From: an uncultured cyanobacterium
GTDB taxonomy: Bacteria > Cyanobacteriota > Cyanobacteriia > CAKZMO01
DNA length: 64,000 nucleotides
NCBI GenBank assembly: GCA_963719515.1
Contig: CAVRCJ010000003.1
Location: 416,001-480,000, forward strand
Direction of reading: 5' to 3'
Positions 42,047 through 53,554 of this stretch are shown here, in pieces (within the stretch, counting starts at the first letter, position 1; every line of letters starts with the position of its first letter). The notes beneath the pieces were generated by a model, which saw only the letters and a program-made list of their open reading frames with translations, searched no databases and was not told the origin of the DNA. A program made the position numbers and the translations under genes.

Positions 42047-43661
42047 CTAGGTGACTCTACCTAGATCTTGAATTGCTGTCTTGCATTTCTCTACTTCCTT
42101 TGGCAGCCCTAGCTCCTGAAATAGAGCCTGTGCCGCCTCGTAGCAGGATTGGGCTTCTAATTGCCGATCTACTTTAGTAAGGGTGAGGGCTTTGTTGAAT
42201 AGAGAATTAGCTTCCCCTTGGCGATCGCCAATCTCCCGCGCGATTTCGAGGGATTGCTGATAGAAGTCTATGGCCTGCTGATACTGCCCCAGGGAATGGT
42301 AGGCATTCCCTAGATTGCCGAGTGAGGTTGCCTTCCCCTTGGCGATCGCCAATCTCCCACGCGATTTCGAGGGATTGCTGATGGAAGTCGATGGCCTGCT
42401 GATACTGCCCCAGTGAATTGTAGGCATTCCCCAGATTGCCGAGTGAGGTGGCTTCCCCTTGGCGATCGCCAATCTCCCGTGATTTCGAGGGATTGCTGAT
42501 GGAAATCGATGGCCTGCTGATACTGCCCAGGAATGTAGGCACCCCAGATTGCTTGCCTCCCCACAATCGCCAATCTCTCGTGATTTCGAGGGATTGCTGA
42601 TGGAAGTCGATGGCCTGCCGATACTGCCCCAGTGAATAGTAGACATTCCCCAGATTGTTGAGAGAGTTTGCTTTCCCTTTGGACTCACCAATCTCTCTCG
42701 CGATTTCGAGGGATTGCTGATGGAAGTCGATGGCTTGCTGATACTGCCCCAGAGACTGGTAGGCATTCCCCAGATTGTCAAGTGAGTTTGCTTCCCCTTG
42801 GGGATCGCCCAGCTCACGATACAGCACCAGCGCTTGTTGATAATAGTCAAGACTTTGAAACGGACGCCCGCAATGCCGCAGCGAATCTCCCAAATTGCGC
42901 AGCGATCGCGCCTGCCCAGATACGTCCTTTTTGCGTTTTGCCAGCCCCAGCGCCTTCTCATACTGCTCCAGGGCCATAGAGTAGTCATACTCACTCTCCC
43001 AAGCCTTCCCCAAGTCGTTGTAAAGCGTAATCAAAAGTGGCGAATCTGACTCTATATCCGCAATTTGCTGCTGCAGTTCCTCAATAGAGAGCTGCCCTTT
43101 CCGGTCCGCCCGGTCTGTCTCCTGCATCTGCGGCAACTGCCCCTCTTGCCCCGCAGCCACCACCGACTCCGCCACAAACTCAAACACCCCGCTGCGCCAG
43201 CTCCAAAAGTCCGGTGCCGCCCGCGAAAGCCGCGTCGCAATCGAATCCGCCAGCCACAGCACAATAGGGAACTCAAACTGCCGCAGCGCCTCCCGCGTCC
43301 ACTGCAGCGAAAAGAAAAACCGCTCCTGCTCTGACTGCTCTTGGTTTAGCCGCACCCCCAGCAGCTCGCTAGCATTCACTATTGTCACCATCGCCGTCCC
43401 GTCCCGCAGGGCAGGCTCGCGGGCTACCATCGCCTCCAGCGTTGCCCGCAGACTGGGCTGCTTAGGGTCGAGTCGTGCCCGCAGTGGGGTGATGCCTGCC
43501 TGATTTAGCTCCGCCTCGTAGTTCTCAATCAGCTGGGCCTGCAGGTTGCGATCGTCGCATATGGCTAGCAGAAGGTCGAGCTGCTGGGCGCTGGCCTTGA
43601 TGGATACTAGTAGCTTGCGGTATTCGCGCTGGTTGAGGCGATCGAGGTCGGGGGGCGTCAT
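42047..43661 (-). CDS. tetratricopeptide repeat protein with conserved N-terminal domain; frameshifts within the repeats
   Basis: ~40-aa repeats GEANSLxNLGNAYxSLGQYQQAIDFHQQSLEIAREIGD; N-domain with LQWTREAL...APDFWSWRSGVFEF. Confidence 0.85.
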
Positions 43662-43736
43662 AGAGGTTGCTTTCAAGGGACGCCGATCTAGAAGCAGAGC
43701 TCAATGTGACAAAGAGCTTTTGCTTGTGCATCCTGA

Positions 43737-43990
43737 GATCCCCCCGCCTCCGGCACCCCCCTTGTTAAGGGGATGTTTGAAAAGTATCGGCTGGAGGGTT
43801 ACCTCTTGCCTCACCCCCCTCAATCCCCCTACGCCCTTTGGGCACGCTGCGCGAATGGCAAGGGGGGAAGTTGGAGTTCTCCCCCTTGAGCTTTGGCGTT
43901 AGCTTGCCCGCAGGGCGTAGGGGAGTTAGAGGGGGTAATGCAGCACTTTTGTGGCTTTTCAAACGCCCTCTAGGGGGGGCGGGGGGGATC
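43737..43990. repeat. REP-like palindrome split by a MITE
   Basis: GATCCCCCCGCCTCCGGCACCCCCCTTGTTAA ... GGGGGGGCGGGGGGGATC flanks the MITE. Confidence 0.6.
43769..43970. mobile_element. MITE, same family as 17819-20931, inverted
   Basis: TIRs GGGGATGTTTGAAAAG and CTTTTCAAACGCCCTC; flanked by TAA and TAG. Confidence 0.75.
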
Positions 43991-43994
43991 GCCT

Positions 43995-45307
43995 TCAAAT
44001 CAACTTTTTCCGCTTCAGCAAATCCACCACAATTGGGTGCAGGTCATACCACAGATCATCATTCACATATTCCAGCACATACAGCCCGTGCAGCAGATTC
44101 CAGAAAAGTCAATCGCTCTTAATATCCGCTGGCGTAAAATCCCGGTACGTCTCCACCAGCAAATCATATAGATTACTGCCCAGCGTCCGGGCGAACTGAT
44201 TCCGCAGCGATCTCACCGACACTTCAAGACATACTGGCATCGATTTTAACGTCAGGCGTCTCCTCCGTTTCCAGCTCTATCATGCATTCCCGAATGCACT
44301 CCTGGGCCAGCCGCACCAGCTCCCGCAGCACCCCGCCGCTCAGCAGCACAATTTGCCGCTTCATCTCCGGCTCAATTAGCTTATCTGGAACGCGCTTCTC
44401 CAGCAGCGCGACCAGCCGCTGCACATTTTTTTCAAGGGGCGCGGCCCCTTCTTGATGTGCCACTGCCTGCGGAAAAAACTTAGTCACCGGCAGCATCACG
44501 ATGCGACTATCAGACTCCAGGGTTGTAATCAGCCGAGGCTCTCGAATCACGGCGATGGGGATGGTGAACACCACGCGGATATTGGGAGAGAACAGCGCCT
44601 TGATATTGTCCTGAAAGATGGTTCTGACCACCGCTAGGTCGAGCTTGTCTAGGTCATCAATAATCACCAGCACGGGCTTTTTGAGTTGCGGCCTGAATCG
44701 CCGCCGCAATTAGGTCAATCTGCCGCGACAGATCCGATACTCGGCGCTCATAGGTCTGCTTAATTTCCTCTCGAAATGCCTCTTCCTTCTGCAGCTTTGC
44801 CGTAAATAGCTCAAAGAACTTCCCCCCCAGCCCCATTTCCTGCTTGAGCTGGTCGCTGTAGGTGCGGGATTTGGTTTCGGTAAACCAGGTCATCAGCGTC
44901 GTCTTGAGTGCGACTCTGGAATTGGCACCTGTAGCTTGGTGGCCTGACTAAGCAGCTTCAGGGCGATCGCATAGAGAATGTTGATGTGGTTTACGTCCGA
45001 CATCTCCACCATGTCGGCAATGGAGAATAGGGCCACAAAGTGTCCGTCCTCGCGCAGCCGCCGCACGAGCTGGGCCAGCAGCGTAGATTTGCCGCAGCCC
45101 CGATGCCCCGTAAAAATTAGCTTACCTGCCTTATCCGAGGCCAAGATGTCGCTGCGCAGCTTGGCCAAGGCCCGCTGACCGTAGGGCACGCGAAACTTTT
45201 CGATGTCCTCCGCCGATAGCAGCGGAAACAGCCTTCAGATTGCGGTACGTCTCAGTCAGTTTCTCGGAGCGCTGACGAAATTGCGCAGTGCGCTCGTCAT
45301 GGTCCAT
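43995..45307 (-). CDS. P-loop ATPase (AAA/STAND-like), multiple frameshifts
   Basis: Walker A GHRGCGKST, Walker B VLVIIDDLDKL, SGGVLRELVRL and WYDLHPIV across successive frames. Confidence 0.82.
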
Positions 45308-45386
45308 CGGCGAGGGTCCAAGACCAGCCATAGGCTAACGCCTCCAAAAATCTGCACTCATCATACCGGAGTTAGAAAACGAAGGC

Positions 45387-45850
45387 TTAAACAACCCACA
45401 AATACACCGTCGATTCCTCCTCAGACTCCGGCAGCTTCACCACGCGCTGCGGCTCCCAATCCCCCATATCAAACTGGTGCGACACCACACGACTCCCAGC
45501 CCGGAGCTGGCGTAGCTTAGGCCGCAGCCGCACATTTAGGTGGGGCAGCAGATAGACAAACACCACAGTCGCCTCATCAAAAGACTCCTCATACAAATTG
45601 CCCACCCGAAACGAAACGCGATCGCCCACCCCGGCCCGCTCCGCCAGCGATCGCCCCTCTTCCACCCGAACCGGGTCAATATCGATGCCCACCCCCCGAG
45701 CCCCGTAGCGCTGCGCCGCCTGGATCTAAAATCCGCCCGTCGCCGCTGCCCAGGTCATACACCACGTCCTCTGGGGTCAAGGCCGCTAGCTCTAGCATCA
45801 CCTCTAGCGCATCCTGCGGCGTGGGGATGAAGCCGATGTCGGGGGAAACC
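45387..45850 (-). pseudogene. class I SAM-dependent methyltransferase, 5' end lost at the IS1380 junction
   Basis: FIPTPQDA..VVYDLGSGDGRI..GVGIDIDP..ATVVFVYLLP..GSRVVSHQFDMGDW; 1-bp shift near 45727. Confidence 0.8.
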
Positions 45851-47104
45851 CGCTGGGTAGAGGTGCGGTCGCTGAACAGGGCAAGCTGGTGTTCCTTGAT
45901 GCGATTCTCCATATCGCCCCTGGGGCAATAGAGGTCTTGGTGAAGCGCTGAAGGAAGCATCTGGCTCGCGGGAATCGAGGTGACGACATAGTGACGCTTG
46001 GGGCCAGCCTCTGAGTAGGTGATTTTGCTCACCACGCGCCGCCGCCTTGTCCAAGACGATTGGGTGCGGTAGTAGACGGTACGATACCAAGCGGTGGTGG
46101 GCAAGGGAGGCTCGACGCTACCGCAGCGCTCGAACTCAGCTTTAGCCTTGGCTTCAAGCGGTTGGCTCATGCGCTCCAAAACCCCATTGCCCGCTAGCCC
46201 CAGCACATAGTCCACACTTGGCTGCGCCTCGCACCAGCTCATGATGTCCTCTCGGCCATAGGCGCTGTCGCCCCGCACGATGATTCTCACCTCAGGCCAG
46301 CGCAGACGCAGCTTGGGAATGATGCGCTGCAGCTGCTCCAAAGCGCCTTGAGCTGGGTCCACGTTCGAAGGGCGCAGTTGCGCCGCCAGCAGGTGATGTC
46401 CGCAGAAAATCAACAGCGGCGCGTAGCACTCATGCTGGTAGTAGCCATTGAAGAAGCTATCAATCTGGTTGCCATGGGTAGCATCATCGGTTACGTCCAA
46501 GTCCAATATCAGCTCCTTTGGAGTGGGCTCTGATAGCTGAAAAAATAGGTCAAGAAACGTTTGCTCTATCGCCTCCCGGTCCATGCTGATGCGCACGTAG
46601 CGCCCTGGCTTTTCGCTGTCGTAGTGCGGCGAGCCCTCGAAGCGATTCAGCGTACTCTTGCCTGACAACGGCGCGCAGCGGGCGTGATTGCTCTCAAGCT
46701 TCCCAACCGCCGCGCAGAAGCTCAGGTCGTGGCGCAACTGCTCATGGTCATTGAGATCCTCATATCCCTGCACCAATCCATACAGCCGCTGGCTCAACAG
46801 ATGCTCTACGCTATGCTGCACCCGTGATGGGTCTCGGTGGTCCGTGAAGCACTCCGCAAACTTACCGCTGATGCCAAAGTGGCGATCTACTGCTGCCACT
46901 AGCGCTAGCCCACCGTCGTGGCTCAGGTGCCCACCATCAAAATCCACGACAACCTTGCGCTTGTCGATGCGATCTACAACGATGGGTTTTCCGCTACACT
47001 CTGTAATTGTTGGGGTCATAGGTTAAAGCTGCCAGAAGCTTTGTGGTATCTGCATTCTCGCAGTTCTTTGACCCCAACTTCTACCTCTTGGTGAGATATC
47101 CGGG
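45851..47104 (-). mobile_element. IS1380-family element, 3'-truncated
   Basis: transposase from 47019 (DFDGGHLSHDGG, LDLDVTDD, VRGDSAY, YCPRGDMENRIKE) breaks off at LFSDRTSTQR; putative left end CCCGGATATCTCACC at 47104; no right end seen. Confidence 0.85.
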
Positions 47105-47741
47105 TTATGACCCATAGTCGCGCTCCATCTTCTCTAGTTTCTGGCATTGCTGACACCACGGGCTCGCTGGTATCGAATTCCTCCACCTCGACCGCAGCTA
47201 CCCCATTAACAGAGCGCACCTTGTAAACCCGTCGGATAATCCGCTTGGGCGGCAGTTTAGCACAATGCTCGGCGTAGTGAAGCAGGGTGACGTTGTTGTG
47301 GTCTGAACCTAGCGGCAGGACTTTGCCGCCGCAGTCAATGAGCTTACCGAACGGTGAACGGGGGCCGTAGCCGTAGGATAGGGGGTGGTCGGCGCAGAGC
47401 CACTCCGCCTTAGCGCCGACGGCTACGATAGATGCACCAGGATTAAGCGAGCGCACGGCACCGGGCCACTGCCGGATGATTTCGGGCAGGACGCCGTATT
47501 CTGACCGCGCGGGCGATCGCTGGGCATCGAAGTTGGGGACCGATTCTGTAGGCTCGAAGTCGACGTAGGCCATCAAGGTACCCCTGCTGCCAAGGACGGA
47601 TAGGAGCCCTGAAATTAGCCCTGCTGCTCTATTTTCGACAGGGCCGATGGCTCGCATAGAGGCGTGCACCATAAGAGTGTCGCCGGTCGTGATGCCAAGG
47701 TTCTTAATCTGAAGCGCTAGCGTGGTGAGGAGTGTGGCCAT
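47105..47741 (-). pseudogene. aminoglycoside 3-N-acetyltransferase AAC(3) family, internal 3' deletion
   Basis: GDTLMVHASMRAIG, SYGYGPRSPFGKL and VTLLHYAEH motifs; after SAMPE the likely native tail (EKMERDYGS*) is out of frame. Confidence 0.8.
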
Positions 47742-48077
47742 ACTGTGAGGCTATTGAGACCTAGGCGCTCTAGGCCCCGAACTTGACATCATATAGCTAA
47801 GCAATTAAACCGGTGAAGGGTAATGCTCTCTAGGGCGATCGCCTCGCCTTTGCCATCAGGCTGATACAGCCAAAAGCACTCCCCATTCACCTTCTCACCG
47901 CTAATTATTCAGGACTGCTATAGGTGAGAATTAACTGCAACATCTTGACTGACGACGAGATACCGAAACCGTAGAGTGGGTATATCGCCATAACTTACCT
48001 TGAGTTAAGGCTATAGGCAAAAAATAATAGATCAACAGCGCGCTAACGCTATTGCTCAAGGCAGAAGGTGAACACCA

Positions 48078-48926
48078 ATGAGCCAGTCTAGATTGTTTTT
48101 GTCGAGATTTTTGCTGTGCGTTTGGGCTGTTCTGTTTGCGGCATTTCTCTCTCTAGTTCTATTTGAAGCGCGGGGCGGCGGCGTGGAGTCGCCGATGGCG
48201 GGGGTGTATCTCAACGCTGAGCCCACGGCTATCCACCTGCCAAACCGCATCTTTACCTGCACCGAGCTAGAGCAGGGCACCCAGTGCCAAGCAGAGGTCC
48301 AGGGTCACCCGCTGGTTCTAGATTTAGTCTCCAACAGAGACTCCAGCATCGCGCTGCGGGACTGCCAGGCCCAGTATGACGGGCAGCCAGTGGCCTGCAC
48401 CAGCGTAACGCTGGACTACGCGCCAGCCCTTTCAGAATCGGTTGAGCTTGGCCCTTTGGGGCTGACGCCCCAGCAGCTCCAGGCGGTCCGGCAGCAGTAC
48501 TGGGGCGTTAACGCGCTGCTGTGGGTAGGGGAGAGAAAGCTGCTGAGGATTACGCTGGGGCTGTCGATGGCGGCGGGGGCGATCGCGGCGGTTTGGGCCT
48601 GGTGCTATCCGAGCTGGCTGAGCAAGGGCTGGACCGGCGTGACCTGGGGGTTTGCGGCCTATAGGCTGACGTGGATGCGGCTAGCTAGCGTACAGTACGA
48701 TGCGGTGACGCCTTACGGGTTTACGGCGAGCAGCTGGGACCAGGTGGTCACCGGCGGCGCGATCGCGGCGGGTGCTGTGGCGCTGCTGGCGGTGATTTGG
48801 TTCCTGCGCGGGTGGGAGCACCGCGCTGCAAGGGCTGTGGTGACGTTGAGCAGTGGGTTTGGCGCGATGGCGATCGCGGGCTATACCTTGATGCTGATTC
48901 TTTTGGGGGCGGGGTTTGTGGACTAG
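48078..48926 (+). CDS. hypothetical membrane protein
   Basis: 282-aa ORF with an N-terminal TM helix, a Cys-containing loop and ~4 C-terminal TM helices. Confidence 0.75.
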   Translation: MSQSRLFLSRFLLCVWAVLFAAFLSLVLFEARGGGVESPMAGVYLNAEPTAIHLPNRIFTCTELEQGTQCQAEVQGHPLVLDLVSNRDSSIALRDCQAQYDGQPVACTSVTLDYAPALSESVELGPLGLTPQQLQAVRQQYWGVNALLWVGERKLLRITLGLSMAAGAIAAVWAWCYPSWLSKGWTGVTWGFAAYRLTWMRLASVQYDAVTPYGFTASSWDQVVTGGAIAAGAVALLAVIWFLRGWEHRAARAVVTLSSGFGAMAIAGYTLMLILLGAGFVD

Positions 48927-48955
48927 ATTTAACGAGACCTATGTATTAGCTATTT

Positions 48956-49171
48956 TTACTGAGGACCTTTTTGCTCAAAGGCTCGAATTTTTTGGGCAAG
49001 GCTTTCTACCGTCTCGTTGACGAACAGTCCCTCTCGATATTTGAGCGTATCGCCACCATCACGCCACCAGTGGCTGATCAAGATGACCATTTGAGAAGGC
49101 GTCATGGTTCGGCTAAGAATTTGCATTGCTTCTAGCATGACGACCTGCTCATCGGGAAGGGAGATGTTCAT
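48956..49171 (-). CDS. small hypothetical protein, probable antitoxin partner of the PIN gene
   Basis: 71 aa; ATGA overlap with the upstream PIN fragment. Confidence 0.65.
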   Translation of the reverse strand: MNISLPDEQVVMLEAMQILSRTMTPSQMVILISHWWRDGGDTLKYREGLFVNETVESLAQKIRAFEQKGPQ

Positions 49172-49365
49172 TCAGTGACCTCTGTAAGTTCTAGAACGAA
49201 GCTGACGGGATTTACCGCTTTAAGTAAACCTCTGTAGCGACGGAGTAGCCGATCGTCGCAAGCGAGAAATGCGTAACATTGGGCTTCTTCAGCAGAAGTA
49301 ATATGAAGAGCATCAAGGGGCTTTATCGCCCTGCGGCTCAAAGGCATGCTTTGCCCGGCGCTCAT
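49168..49365 (-). pseudogene. C-terminal fragment of a PIN-domain toxin
   Basis: IKPLDALHITSAE...FLACDDRLL...VNPVSF; the N-terminal half is absent. Confidence 0.7.
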
Positions 49366-49797
49366 CTACTCAGGTAACCAATCTTCCGCTAGAATCTGCG
49401 TCAGGGAGTAGGGACAAGCTTCTGGGAAAGTCGAGATGTCCAGACTGGTTTGCTTTGCCGCCTGCCGCCGCGATCTTTGGTAGCTCTTGTCTAACGCTTC
49501 AGCTAGGTAGCCAGTAAAGCTGGGGCTGTCTTCAATAGCTAGCTCAATTTGGGTACGGGCGTCGGTGATTGAATCTAGCCAGCTATCGGAGCGCCGCTGG
49601 GGTTGATAGTGCCATTTGAGCAGGTGGAGCAACAGCCGAGTGAGTTGGCTAGCGATCGCTCGTCGTTCGCGCTTGCCCAAGTCTTCAACCTCATCGATTA
49701 GGCTAGGCAGATCAATGTCTTGCCAACGGCGCTCCCGCAGCAGTTGGGCAGTCTCACTAATCCACTGGTTGAAGTCTGTTGCATACGGTTTGCTCAT
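49366..49797 (-). CDS. DUF29 family protein
   Basis: YATDFNQW...DLPSLIDEVEDLG...LLLHLLKW...SWLDSI...FPEACPY. Confidence 0.92.
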   Translation of the reverse strand: MSKPYATDFNQWISETAQLLRERRWQDIDLPSLIDEVEDLGKRERRAIASQLTRLLLHLLKWHYQPQRRSDSWLDSITDARTQIELAIEDSPSFTGYLAEALDKSYQRSRRQAAKQTSLDISTFPEACPYSLTQILAEDWLPE

Positions 49798-49817
49798 ATA
49801 GAAATCCTACGTGATTT

Positions 49818-49855
49818 ATGAGAGGGGGGGCAGGCTGAGCCCGCCCCCCCTCTCA
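49818..49855 (-). terminator. hairpin downstream of metH
   Basis: TGAGAGGGGGGGCAGGC-tga-GCCCGCCCCCCCTCTCA. Confidence 0.7.
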
Positions 49856-49869
49856 CTTCACATGCTAGA

Positions 49870-52800
49870 TTACGCACTAAAATACTTCGCCGTCGGGTGA
49901 TACGCCACGATCGCCGTCGTCGACTGCTCCGGATAGAGCTGCTCGCTCTCATCCATCGTCATGCCAATGCGCTCCGTCTGCAGGAGATCCAGCAGCGTAT
50001 ACTGGTCCGCCATATTGGGGCAGGCCGGGTAGCCAAAGCTATAGCGCGAGCCCTGGTAGCGCTGGGCCAAGACATCGCGGATACCCGCCGGGTCTTTGTC
50101 CGCTAGCCCTAGCTCCCGGCGAATGCGGGCGTGGTTCCACTCCGCCACCGCCTCCGCCATCTGCACCGAGAAGCCGTAATAGTAGAGGTAGTCGGTATAG
50201 CGATCGCTCTCAAACAGGGTTTTAGCGTGCTCCGTCGCCACCTCGCCCACCGTCACCGCCTGCATCGGGAAGACGTCTACCACGCCCGTTTCGCGCGGGG
50301 CGAAGAAGTCGGAGATGCACAGCCGCCGCAGGGACTTTTGGCGAGGGAAGTCGAAGGTGGCCACAGGCGCGAGCCCGTCGGGCAGCTGGGCCGCTCGCTG
50401 CATCACCGCCGGGTCGTAGAGGTGGAGGCTGTTGCCGTCCGCTTGACAGGGAAAATAGCCATAAACCACTTGGGGGGCTAAGAGCGTATTGCTGAGCACC
50501 TGCTGCTTCAGGTCTTCCAAAATCGGGTAGGCCTTCTCGGCTAGGAATAGGTCATACTCTTGTCGGGACTGCCCTTGAGGCTTGCGGAACTGCCACTGCC
50601 CCGCAATCAGAGCCTGCAGGTCCAGGAACTCGAAGATCTCTTCTAGGGGAATGTTCTCCGGCCCCAGCACCCTGCTGCCCCAGAAGGGCGGGGTGGGCCG
50701 GTCGATGGCGATGTCGACTGCCTCAGAGCGCTGGGTATCGACTACCGTCTCCTTGAGGACGGCGGCTTCAGGCGTCTCTGCACTGGGTACCTTCTCTACC
50801 GAGGCGATCGCGTCAGCATGCTGGCCGTTCTGGCCATTTTGAGCCCCGTTTTGCTCCGCCTCATCCAAGAAGCCCCCCAGGTCGTTCCAGTTCTCCTCGG
50901 CCTTGGCCGCCATCAGCTTGTCCATAAAGTTGAGGTCGCTGAAGGCATCCCTGCCATAGATCACCCGACCTTTATAGACGCCCTGACAGTCGCCGTTGAC
51001 GAATTTCGGCGTCAGCGCCGCGCCCCCCAAAATCACCGGAGCCGTGATGCCCCGCTCGTTAAAGGTGGCCAGATTCTCTTTCATGAACGCCGTCGACTTC
51101 ACCAGCAGACCGCTCATGGCGATGCAGTCCGCGCCGTGCTCTTGGTAGGCGTCGATAATGTTGTCCACCGGCTGCTTGATGCCCAGGTTGATTACCCGGT
51201 AGCCGTTGTTGGACAAAATAATGTCCACCAGGTTTTTGCCGATGTCGTGGACGTCGCCCTTCACCGTCGCAATCAAAAAGGTGCCCTTGTCGCTGCTGGC
51301 GGCGTCCTTGTCCATATGGGGCTCTAAAAAGGCCACCGCCGCTTTCATAGTCTCCGCCGACTGCAGCACAAAGGGCAGCTGCATCTGCCCGGAGCCAAAC
51401 AGCTCGCCCACGGTTTTCATGCCGTCCAGCAGATAGACGTTGATGATGTCCAGCGGCGGGTACTGCGCCATGGCTAGGTTGAGCACCTCTTCTAGGCCCT
51501 GGCGCTCGCCGTCGATGATGTGCTGCCGCAGCCGCTCTTCTAAGGGCAGGGCCGCCACCGCTGAGCGATCGCGCTTGGTGGAAACGCCCTCAAACAGCTG
51601 GGTTAGCTCGATCAAGCGGGTCGTAGGTGCAGACCTCCCCGTCGAAGCGGCGCTGGTCGTAGATCAGATCGCGGCAGATTTGCTGGTGGTCGGGCTCGAT
51701 TTTGGCCAGGGGCAAGATCTTGGCGGCGCTGACGATGGCGGCATCAAGGCCCACCTGCATCGCCTCGTATAGAAATACCGAGTTGAGCACCATGCGGGCC
51801 GCTGGGTTGAGGCCGAAGGAGATATTAGAGATGCCCAACAGGCTGTGGACGCCGGGGAGATTTTCGTGGATGCGGCGGATGGATTCCACGGTTTCCCGTC
51901 CGTTTACCCGGTCTTCTTCGATGCCGGTAGAGACGGGCAGGGCCAGCGGGTCATAGAAAATTTCGTGGGAAGGAATGCCGTATTCCACGATATCGCGGTA
52001 GGCCCGCTGGGCGATCGCAAACTTTCTGTCGGCGGTGCGGGCCATGCCCTCTTCGTCGATGGTGCCCACCACAATGCCCGCGCCGTAGGCTTTGGCCAGC
52101 TCCAGCACCTTAAAGAAGCGCTCGTCGCCGTCCTCGTAGTTGGTGGAGTTGAGGATGCACTTACCGCCAGCGGTTTTTAGCCCTGCCTCCATCTTTTGCC
52201 ACTCGGTGGAGTCGAGCATCAGAGGTAGGGTAACGTTGGTCACCAGTCGGGACACCAGCTCCCGCATGTCGTGTACCCCATCGCGGCCCACGTAGTCTAC
52301 GTTCACGTCCAGCACGTGAGCGCCTTCTTTCACCTGGGCCTTGGCCAGAGATACTAGCCCGTCCCAGTCTTCGTCGTTGAGCATAGTGCGGCATTTTTTG
52401 GAGCCGCTGGCGTTGAGGCGTTCGCCGATGATGAGGAAGGAGTTGTCTTGGTCGTAGGGCTGGGCGGAGTAGAGAGAGGCCGCCGCCGGGGTGTATCCCA
52501 GGGCGGGGCGGGGGTCGGGTTGGGGTAAATGGCCGTTTGTCTGCAGGTCGGAATGGTCATCTGCTACGGAATGGGCCGTATTGTCCGAGGGCGATCGCCT
52601 CACGGGGCGGTCCTTCGGCGTCAAATCCTGCGCCACTTCCGCTAGCTGCGCGATATGGTCCGGGCGCGTCCCGCAGCAGCCGCCAATCACCTGCACTCCC
52701 AGGTCTTCCACGAAGTGCATCAGCGCCATGCGCAGCTCCATGGGCGTCAGCTTGTAGTGAGCGTGCCCCCCCACGTTTTCCGGCAGTCCCGCATTGGGGA

Positions 52801-53554
52801 TGCAGGACACCACAAATGGGGAATGGGCCGACAGGTAGCGGATGTGGTCCGCCATCCGGTCTGGGCCCGTGGCGCAGTTGAGCCCCAAAATATCGATGGG
52901 ATAGGGCTCTAAAATCGTCAGCATTGCCGCCGCATCCGAGCCCACCAGCATCGTGCCCGTGGTCTCCATGGTCACCGACACCATCAGCGGGCGGCGGTCG
53001 CCTTTTTGCTCAAACACCTGCTCTATCGCCGACAGGGCCGCCTTGATCTGCAGCACGTCCTGACAAGTTTCAACGATGAATAGGTCCACATCGCCGTCGT
53101 ATAGCCCTTCGGCCTGCTCGACGAAAGAGGCCCTCATCGTGTCGAAGTCGATATGGCCCAGGGTGGGCAGCTTGGTGGTTGGCCCGATAGACCCGGCCAC
53201 AAAGCGGGGCTTTTCCGGCGTGGAAAATTCTGCCGCTACCGTTTTGGCCAGCTTCGCGGCCTTGACGTTCAGCTCATAGGCGCGATCGCCCAGGTCGTAT
53301 TCATCCAGGACAATGGAGGCCGCACCAAAGGTATCGGTCTCGATGACGTCGGCCCCCGCCTGCAAAAACTCGCGGTGGACCTGCTCCACCGCTTCGGGCT
53401 TGGAGATCACCAAATACTCGTTACATCCCTCGTACTGCGGCCCGCCAAAATCATCGGCGGTGAGGTTCTGCGTCTGCAGCGACGTTCCCATAGCCCCGTC
53501 AAAGACAAGCACTGGGCGATCGGGGCTGTGGAGCGTTTTGAGGAAGGCAGTCAT
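49870..53554 (-). CDS. metH: B12-dependent methionine synthase; one apparent +1 frameshift near 51615
   Basis: [37 protein letters not shown] and [10 protein letters not shown] across two ORFs. Confidence 0.95.

Noticed and set aside
42190..42820. CRISPR or DGR template/variable repeats
   Set aside because: These are 120-bp coding TPR repeats; there is no reverse transcriptase in the window and no adenine-specific mismatch pattern was noticed.
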